Below, piece after piece: positions 56,109-64,000 of a DNA stretch of 64,000 nucleotides; the first letter of the stretch is position 1, and every line of letters starts with the position of its first letter. This DNA is from Eledone cirrhosa (Eukaryota), in contig OZ024745.1 of NCBI GenBank assembly GCA_964016885.1, positions 72,788,001 through 72,852,000 of the forward strand. The letters run 5' to 3'. The translations under genes and the position numbers were made by a program. Below the pieces are notes generated by a model. The model was not told the DNA's origin and ran no database searches. It saw only the letters and a program-made list of their open reading frames with translations.

Positions 56109-56438
56109 TGTGTGTTGTGTGTGTGTGTTTGAATTTCTTTTTACTTTAAAAAAAGGGGGCTCACGAAGGCTTTTTTTTTAATAAACGTAATTTGATTGGT
56201 TAAAAATGAAATTATGGCTGTCACGTGAACAAGTTTTCATTAAATTTTCGCACCCTTATTTGGAAATCTATTCTGTAGGCTTTTTAGAGAATTTTATGAC
56301 AAGCAAAAGATAATGGTCAAGAGAAATTGGATGGGAGAATTGTTCTGGTTCAGTGAATATGGTTAGTTCGCTGGGGTGTCAAAATTCAGATTTTCTATTG
56401 AATAAAGAAATTAAAGATATGTATGTTTATTTGTGTGC

Positions 56439-56483
<45 letters not shown>

Positions 56484-56567
56484 TGTGTTTGAATTTCTTT
56501 TTACTTTAAAAAAAGGGGGCTCACGAAGGCTTTTTTTTAATAAACGTAATTTGATTGGTTATAAATG

Positions 56568-56571
<4 letters not shown>
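55386..56571 (-). mobile_element. Probable non-autonomous Penelope-like element between two (TA)n runs
   Basis: Minimal hammerhead at 55589-55631, (GT)n tracts and a direct repeat ~55990-56214 / ~56418-56573. Confidence 0.55.
55589..55631 (-). ncRNA. Minimal type I hammerhead ribozyme
   Basis: GTCA-CUGAAGA-G-GTCACA(GAATG)TGTGAC-GAAA-GAA-CUU-TGAC; very short stem III typical of dimer-active Penelope hammerheads. Confidence 0.7.
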
Positions 56572-56623
<52 letters not shown>

Positions 56624-58382
56624 TAGTGAAATCCCTTCACACATACTGACCCCTGAATGATATATACAAATAATGATATATATATATAAAAGAGAGTATT
56701 GAAATTTGCTTGAAGCATTGTGGAATAATAAGATATATTTTCTTTAGGTCGTTTTAGAAGCCTCAACAATGCAGATGGGTAATTCTCCGGGTAACGAGAT
56801 CCGGTGGTGAAGAGAAAGATGTAAGTGAATGTAGAATGAGATATATAGTGTGTAGAAGAACGTAGGAAAGAGCATAACAAATAAAAATAATAACACGAGA
56901 TAGAGTTACCTTGGGAGAGATTTAATTGTCCCTATATATTTCGGATTCACATTCATCAATTGGGGAGTTTTCCGGGATTTTTTTAATTTTTAATAACTTT
57001 GACATTTTTTTTATCATTAAGACAATTTTACAAGTCAAAATAATCAGTATCATTTACAATTACCATCTGCCATTGTTTAAGAAGGTACATGATTCCATAT
57101 ATGTAGAATCTTCTGGCTTCAATGCAAAGAATTCTGTCAGCTAAAGATCAATGGAAACATTGTTTCCTTGGTCCAATTTGGTGAGTTCCCCCCCACGCCC
57201 CTTGGTAAGCGAATGAGGTCAGATCTTGTCGATCGATTTGATCAGTCGATATCACCATAAATTTTTCTAAACCTGAATGTGCGCCATTGAAAAGTAGGTG
57301 AGCAGTGCCATCCAGTCCCCACTCCCCCGTTTTCTTTGGGGACAAGCCCACTACTAACCAGTGCCAACTGTTCATATAATGTTTTCAACACAACCCTCTA
57401 TCATTCACAAAATTAGTTCACTTAGTCTGAAGAAAAGATAGGTTGTTCTCATATCATTTGCTATGGTGAGATTAAAGTCAGCCAAACAAATTTGAACTGT
57501 GAACAAGAAACGAAATTGAATACTAAATGGTATTTACTTTCTAACACATAACAATCTTGTGTAGTTTAATATAAAATATGAACAGGAAATGTAGATAAGA
57601 GATACACATATAAGGTTGAAAATTGTCTAGTAATTGATCAAAGAAATTAGTCAATATTCTCCAGTATAGCCATTGGGGAAAATACATGGCTAGTATGTTT
57701 AAATAAAGGGATGTAACAGCAGTCATTGTAATAATTGTAACAGCAAGATTATGGCTATGGTTGAAAAAAAAGAAGTAATAGATTGTTTCATCAGGCAGAC
57801 CACTTTCTCTTCATTGTGATAGTTTGATAATAGAGGAAAGTATGTCATCTCAGGTATGTAAAATATATCATAGTGTAAAGAAACTAAACAACTCTGAAAT
57901 ATACCTTTGCTCTAAAACAGATGAATTTTTAAGATATTGTAGCAGTTACCTCCCTTGTTGTGACTCACAACCCCAATAGATTAACAACATCTAGACGGGA
58001 AGTAGAACCCTTTCTGTAACTTCCGGTCAGAACCCTATAAAACTAACAACTTTAAGTTCTCACTCTCTCATTTGCCCTTCCGGCGCCTGGCATTCGCCAG
58101 GCGTCTTCTGCCAGCCTGCGTTTGCCTGGCAATCAAAACGGTAACTACTAACTTTGCTTCATTCTTTCGTTTATTCATTGACATGTCAACTATACTGTTA
58201 AATTGGTGATTAAATATTATACACACAAACCATGTCTCCTCGTTACATTCATACACCGCTAGTTCTTCGCTACAATATTCAGAGATATGAGCACTATTGA
58301 GCTATGTTGAATACATTTAAAAAAGACATATATAGCATGTGTAGAAACTGCAAGTTTTAACTGTGCATAATATCATTTCCAA

Positions 58383-58710
58383 GGTGGTAAATTAGCAGAG
58401 CTATTAGACTGTTGGATAGAATACTTTGTGGTATTTATTCCAGCTCTCTGCTCTCTGTGTTCAAATCCCACCAAGGTCAACTTTGCCTTTCATCCTTTCA
58501 AGGTTAATTTAAAAAAAAGTACCAGTCTAATACTGGGATCAATCCTTCCTCTATATCTCTTTCTCATTTACTCTCTCTCACTTTCTAATCCTTCTCTGGA
58601 AGAAATCTATATTCAGACCTGGAGAGTGATGGGCTCTGCCAGGCTTTAAATGCCCAAGAAACACTGTATGCTAATACAGTGACCATATGAATCCATCAGG
58701 AGTTATGGGA
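58383..58710 (+). mobile_element. SINE family 2
   Basis: GTTCAAATCC B box, CTTTGCCTTTCATCC core, tail shared with 20085-20420. Confidence 0.75.
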
Positions 58711-59429
58711 TTTAAAAGTAAAAAGAAGAATATTAATATGCAAAGGTTGTTAACTAGCTACTGGAAATTAGTTTGGTATCCACTGGTATCTCGCCTTCTG
58801 AGAGTGTCTCAGTCATTCTCAATAGTGAAATTTTGGAAAAGGTTGATCAATTGAGCTATCTTTGCACTGCCTTCACTACTGCAGGCTAACGTGATGATGA
58901 GATAGATGTCCACATTAATCATGTATGCTCTGCATTCTGTTGTCTTCAAATCTGGCTCTGGCTTGGGTCAAAGATCCATCTGGTCACAAAAATTCAAATC
59001 TACCAGATGCTTTTTGCACCATCCTTCTGTAAGGTAACAGACATGGCTAATAAGAGTGATAGGCTTATGTAAACTGGAAGTTTTTAACCACTGTTGCCAA
59101 ATTCTCTAAGTTCATACATTGGAATCTGTGTTAGACTATGAAATTTACCATCAACATTGAATCATTTACCTTCAAGGACTACTAGTCAAAATGTGCTTTT
59201 GTTAGTTTGTTCATGCACTCTGTAACAACAGGAGATGAACTCATTCACAAGGTCATGCCAGAACCTCACCCAAGCTAGCATATATGGAAAGCTGGACAGG
59301 TGAAAATGTGGATTGGAATGAACAAGTCAGATTTTGAGCTAATCTCAGGTCTTCACATATATGGTGTCTGCTGTTGAAATAATTGTGTTTGATTGCCAAT
59401 ATCCATAGTGATTATCTGCAATTGCTGTA

Positions 59430-59985
59430 TATACCTACTCTCACCTTACTAACAGCTCTTGTATACATGGCTTGCATTGCTCTTGTGAGCCCTTCTTCTA
59501 TGCCCAGCTTCCCTAAGGACCACCAGAAGATAGAATATGGTACTCTGTCAAAGGCCTTCTCCAGATCAGCAAAAGACAGATATAATGGTTTACACTTAAC
59601 TCGGAACTTCTCTTATAGTTGTCTTACTAGAAAGGGGACATCTGTAGTATTCTTCCCTGGCACAAAACCAAACTGCATCTAATCTAATTGGTTCTTTCCC
59701 TAATAAGTTGTGCTAACTGTTTCTGCCACTTCATTACCTGGTCTATTAGTTTTATACCCCTGTAATTGCTCCATTCTTGTGCATCACCTTTTCCCTTATA
59801 ACAGTTGATGAGTATTCTACAACGCCAATCATTGAATGTGACTCCATCTTGTACTACCTGATTGATTATGGGGTTGAATAATTAAACTCCTACTTCCCCA
59901 GAATATTTCAGCATTTCAAATAATATGTTTGATGGCCCAGCAACCTTGTTATATTTCATCTCCTTGATTGCTTCCTTAACACATC
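59430..59985 (-). mobile_element. Decayed RTE RT fragment
   Basis: MQFGFVPG, DLEKAFDRV, NCYKGKGDA motifs. Confidence 0.85.
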
Positions 59986-60011
59986 ATCATCATCATCATT
60001 CTCATCACTGT

Positions 60012-60135
60012 TTAACATCCATTTTTCCACACTAGCATGGGTTAGACAAGTTGTCCTATTGTGAAACAAACCAGATCAGGTAACCATGTCTTATTCATAC
60101 ACACACACATATATATACAAACACACTCATATAAT

Positions 60136-60187
<52 letters not shown>

Positions 60188-60271
60188 AATAAGACATGGT
60201 TACCTGATCTGGTTTGTTTCACAATAGGACAACTTGTCTAACCCATGCTAGTATGGAAAAATGGATGTTAA
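60012..60271. repeat. Near-perfect ~95-bp inverted duplication centred on a CA/TA/TG microsatellite
   Basis: Arms ~60012-60108 and ~60175-60271 with one visible mismatch; the arms are an RTE-type 3' tail. Confidence 0.92.
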
Positions 60272-60906
60272 TTTTCTTTAACCATCCCTGGAAACTTTTG
60301 GAGATAATCCCTAGTGCACCTATGGCAATCGGGATCACTTTGACTTCATGGCAGTTCCAAATCCTTTTTACCTCCCACTTTAAGTCCTGGTATCGGTTAA
60401 TTTTCTCCCTCTCCTTCTCTTGCACTCTCGTGTCGAATGGGCAGGCCACATCCACAATCAGGCACGATCTTTTTTCTTTGTCCACAACCACCAGGTCAGG
60501 TCTATTGTGTTCCAGTTTCTTGTCCGTCTGTATCCTAAAAACCCACAGCACCTTCACCTGATCGTTCTCTATCACCGCCTCTGGCTTATGCTCATACCAT
60601 TTCTCAGAATGTGGTAAACTGTTTACTTTGCACAGGTACCAGTGGATCACCCTGCCCATCACATCATGTCTCCAGCCCTTATAGTGGGTCTGGGCTAGGT
60701 GTTTACACTCGGATACAATGTGAGCCACAGTCTCCTCTCTCTCTCCACAGATCCTGCACAGTGGGCTAGCCTCCTCCTTGTAAATATGGTGTTTCAACCA
60801 CTTCGTTTTGAGGGCCTGCTCCTGCGCAGCCATTAACATTCCTTCTGTAGCCTTTTTAAGGTCTCCTCTTTTCAACCAGTTCCATGTCTGTGGATCTCTA
60901 AATTCA
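60272..60906 (-). mobile_element. R4/Dong-like non-LTR C-terminal fragment
   Basis: AAQEQAL, CRICG..EETVAHIVSEC, RHD, NRPD, DVACP, EKINRY (CCHC + PD-(D/E)XK endonuclease). Confidence 0.85.

Positions 60907-60946
<40 letters not shown>
60907..60946. repeat. (ATT)n microsatellite
   Basis: Directly visible. Confidence 0.98.
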
Positions 60947-63900
60947 GAATGCTATGGTTGACGGAGGCTCGGCTCTGTAAGATATTGTAAATTTTGAACG
61001 CTATAACAATTGCAAATTGTTTAAAACTTTAACAAACTTGTAGACAAAAACACCCTCCTCCTCGTGAGAGGGGTCTTTCTGCCCGTTATTTGGCCCTTCG
61101 GGGTTAAATAACTGCTTATTGGGGTTTTGTGCCCAATATTTATTTTAAACAAAAAAAACAACATGGCTACGAAAAAGAATTTTCATAGGTCACTCCCACT
61201 CATTCCGTCTTCTTCTTCCTCAATAGTCACTACAGCAGAGAGAAGATTGTCTCTCTCCCTCCCTTCTTTAAATGTGTCTCTCTCCCTCCCTTCTCTTTCG
61301 CAAGCGACGACAGAAAAGAAAAGTCTCGTGCAAAGCGTGCAAGATTTCTCCACGACGACGACGACAACGACGAAACAGGTGTGCGGGAAATACGAAAACC
61401 CATTTACTTCGTCTGACGTCAGGAATATTAGCAGTAGCAGCCGTAATAACAACAGCAACAGTGACAATGAAAACAACAGTAGCAGCCGCAACAGCATCAG
61501 CAGCAGCATAAACAACAACAGCATTAGCAGCAGCAACAACAACAACAACCACAGCAACAGCGGCGGCGGCAGTAGTCGTAGTACCTGCAGCAACAACAAA
61601 AGTAACAGCAGCTCTGACGACAACAACAACAACAGCAGCAAAGAAAAACCAAATCTCGTTTGCAGGTATCGCGAAGAACCTGGAAACAATCCTCATAACA
61701 AATGAGGAATTAGAGGAAGCGAAGAAGATGGTGACAAAAACTGGACACCGAGCAATCTGCAAGGCAGCGGAAAAATGTTTCAAAACCCAACAGCACTGTA
61801 CGGTCACGTACTGTACACTAAGTACAAAATCCCGTAGGGTTGAAAGAGCCACAAAGGCTCAAATACAAAAAGCCTTGGGGTCTGTGTTGCAGCGGAAAAC
61901 GCACATCACCCGAGGCAAGAAATATGCCACCGTAGACGTACTTTTTGCCACACCCCAGGAGGCAAAGCCCCAATCCGTAGTGACCCTAAGGAGCGAGGAA
62001 ATGGTGTTGGTGCCCTCCTACTGCGGACAAAAAATGGTGAGGGTCAAACTGACCCACGTCCCCCCCGGGATGGCCCCTTCTTGGCTGCCGCATCTGTCCT
62101 CGTCGGAATCGAGGACAAAACAACTGTACTGCAAGTACAGAAAAAAGTAAGAGAAGATTGGGTCGGCACCTCCATTGAGATGTTAATCCAAACCAACCAG
62201 GAGTGCATCGAAGCTATCCCGGATGTGATAGACTTCGATAACGGCACTCAACTGCCCATAAGTGTTGTGGGCCAACGCCCGAAATGCTTTCGCTGTGGAT
62301 CGAAGACTCACCTCAGGGCCTTCTGCAACGAGAAGACCCTGAGAAAGGAGAAAACCCCCCTCCTTCCGAAACCAGCTCCACGGCTACCAGCAACAGGACA
62401 AGCGGCAACCAGGAACGATAGGTCAGTGGCACCCATACCCACGCCACGGAAATCAAAAACAGCAGCAGCAGTGGAAGTATTAACAACAACAACAGCAATA
62501 CCAAATGCAGCTGCAACAGAGACTCCAGTGCAAACATCACCAACAACAAGTGAAAGAGTGGAGCTGGTACCCCTCCCCGACCTCACAGAATCAGACATGG
62601 AGTGTGAGGTGGGAGAGGGATGGCAAAAGGTCGTAAGAAGGCACAAACGCAGAAGCAGCGCATCGTCGCCTTTGAAAAGGGAGGAAAGAAATGAAAAAAG
62701 GGTAAAGTCTGCTGCAAAGAGACTCACAGCAGCAACACCACCAACACCATCACCACCCACACTAGCACCACCATCACCACCGGCGACAACCCCACCGCCA
62801 ACAACACCTTTAACACCACCACCACAAGCACCAACATCGCAAACACAACAACAAAACACACACACCCAGCAACAACGACAAGAAAATAGCAGAACCACAC
62901 CCCACCCCCAGAAAAACAAATGCACGGCAATAAATACACACAACAAGAAACTAATGACTTACATAATTGAACACACAGACATTTCACAACACGACTACAT
63001 AATACCAGCACCAATCAAAACGCCAACTAACATAAGACTGCTAAAAATAGCACAGAAACAATACACAAACATTAAAACGAAATTCCCCAACGCAGTTGGT
63101 GATTTCAGGGACCTAGGAGGAACTATCAATCGAAGAGTATATTCGGACATACTCATAGAAGAGCCGACGACTAGCCGAAGGTACGTTTCAACGGTCCCTT
63201 CACCAGACGATCAAGTGAAAAGGGATGTAAAAACCATCCCTCCTCTACGAAAAGTACGGTAAGTGGTCTTTCCCATCTTTTCCACTCTATTTTAAACATG
63301 ACCTCACTCAGAATAGGCAGCATAAATGCGCGTGGTTTGGGGTCGTCATGGAAGCAGGGTCACCTGCTCAACGACCTCAGGTCACTAAACATAGATGTAG
63401 TGGCCATCAGCGAGACCAGAATCTCCGAAGCACGGGCCTTCGCACCGATCTTCGGCGGCTACGATGTGTACGCATCTCCCAGCCGTCCTGGATCGGGGGA
63501 GGAGTTGCTGTGCTTTTTCGGAGAGGTTTGGATCTCGCCATACGGGCCATCTTCCTGGACCCAGAGGGTAAGCTGGTGGTGCTGGACGTGACCAGCGGAG
63601 ACGGGCAAGCTTTCAGGCTAGTGGCCATCTATGCCCTGACAGGAGCAGGGCGGCCTGATTTCTTCGCGCGTCTGGAGACCTTTCTTGGAACGTCCCGCTC
63701 TTTAGTGTTAGTGGATGACTGGAACGGGATCTTAGATGCACGCTGGGACTGTGTGGGATTAGCGGATAGGGGTGGAGGGTGCAAGAGCCTCACCAACCTG
63801 CTCAGGCCTTTTGAACTGTCTGACAGGTACCGATTGGATTTCCCGAATGTGCCAATGTGTACTTGGACAAATCGCATATGGTCATCCAGATCATATCTAG

Positions 63901-64000
63901 ATAGAGTATTTTGTAGGGAAATAGATAGGTCTAGCATAGGCTGTCCACAATTCAAGATAGTCAGCTACACGGACCACAAATTCGTGATCTGTGTGCTTGA
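60947..64000 (+). mobile_element. Tx1/L1-group LINE, 5' end (frameshifted ORF1 with CCHC knuckle; ORF2 APE from 63298)
   Basis: CFRCGSKTHLRAFC zinc knuckle and Pro/Thr-rich tail; ORF2 SINARGL, ISET, AIYA, SYLDR, TDH endonuclease motifs; runs off the window. Confidence 0.88.

Noticed and set aside
61183-62946. Long Leu/Val-rich minus-strand ORFs
   Set aside because: Antisense shadows of the (AAC/AGC)- and Pro/Thr-rich Tx1 ORF1.

Overview
AT-rich animal genomic DNA. The tRNA-derived SINE families and the (TA)n/(CA)n microsatellites suggest an octopod cephalopod (inference, not database-verified). The left end holds five minus-strand exons of a gene encoding a heavily N-glycosylated fibronectin type III (FN3) repeat ectodomain, three of them produced by recent tandem exon duplication. 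The rest is a giant 5' intron or intergenic region packed with transposons. These include RTE LINEs (one with an unbroken 1039-aa ORF carrying a PHD-type zinc finger inside the RT), CR1, CRE, R4 and Tx1 LINEs, Naiad-type Penelope elements, a CsRN1-like Gypsy, mariner and piggyBac relics, and Helitrons. Four patterns stand out. (1) Several unrelated elements with hammerhead-ribozyme motifs share one architecture: (TA)n, inverted partial copy, direct copy, unique tail, (TA)n. (2) An RTE insertion shows a complete twin-priming 5'-inversion signature. (3) The duplicated FN3 exons differ only by non-synonymous changes in their alignable part. (4) A 1-kb tandem array creates chimeric Helitrons with both termini. 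Most short ORFs in the track are TE fragments or microsatellite artefacts.
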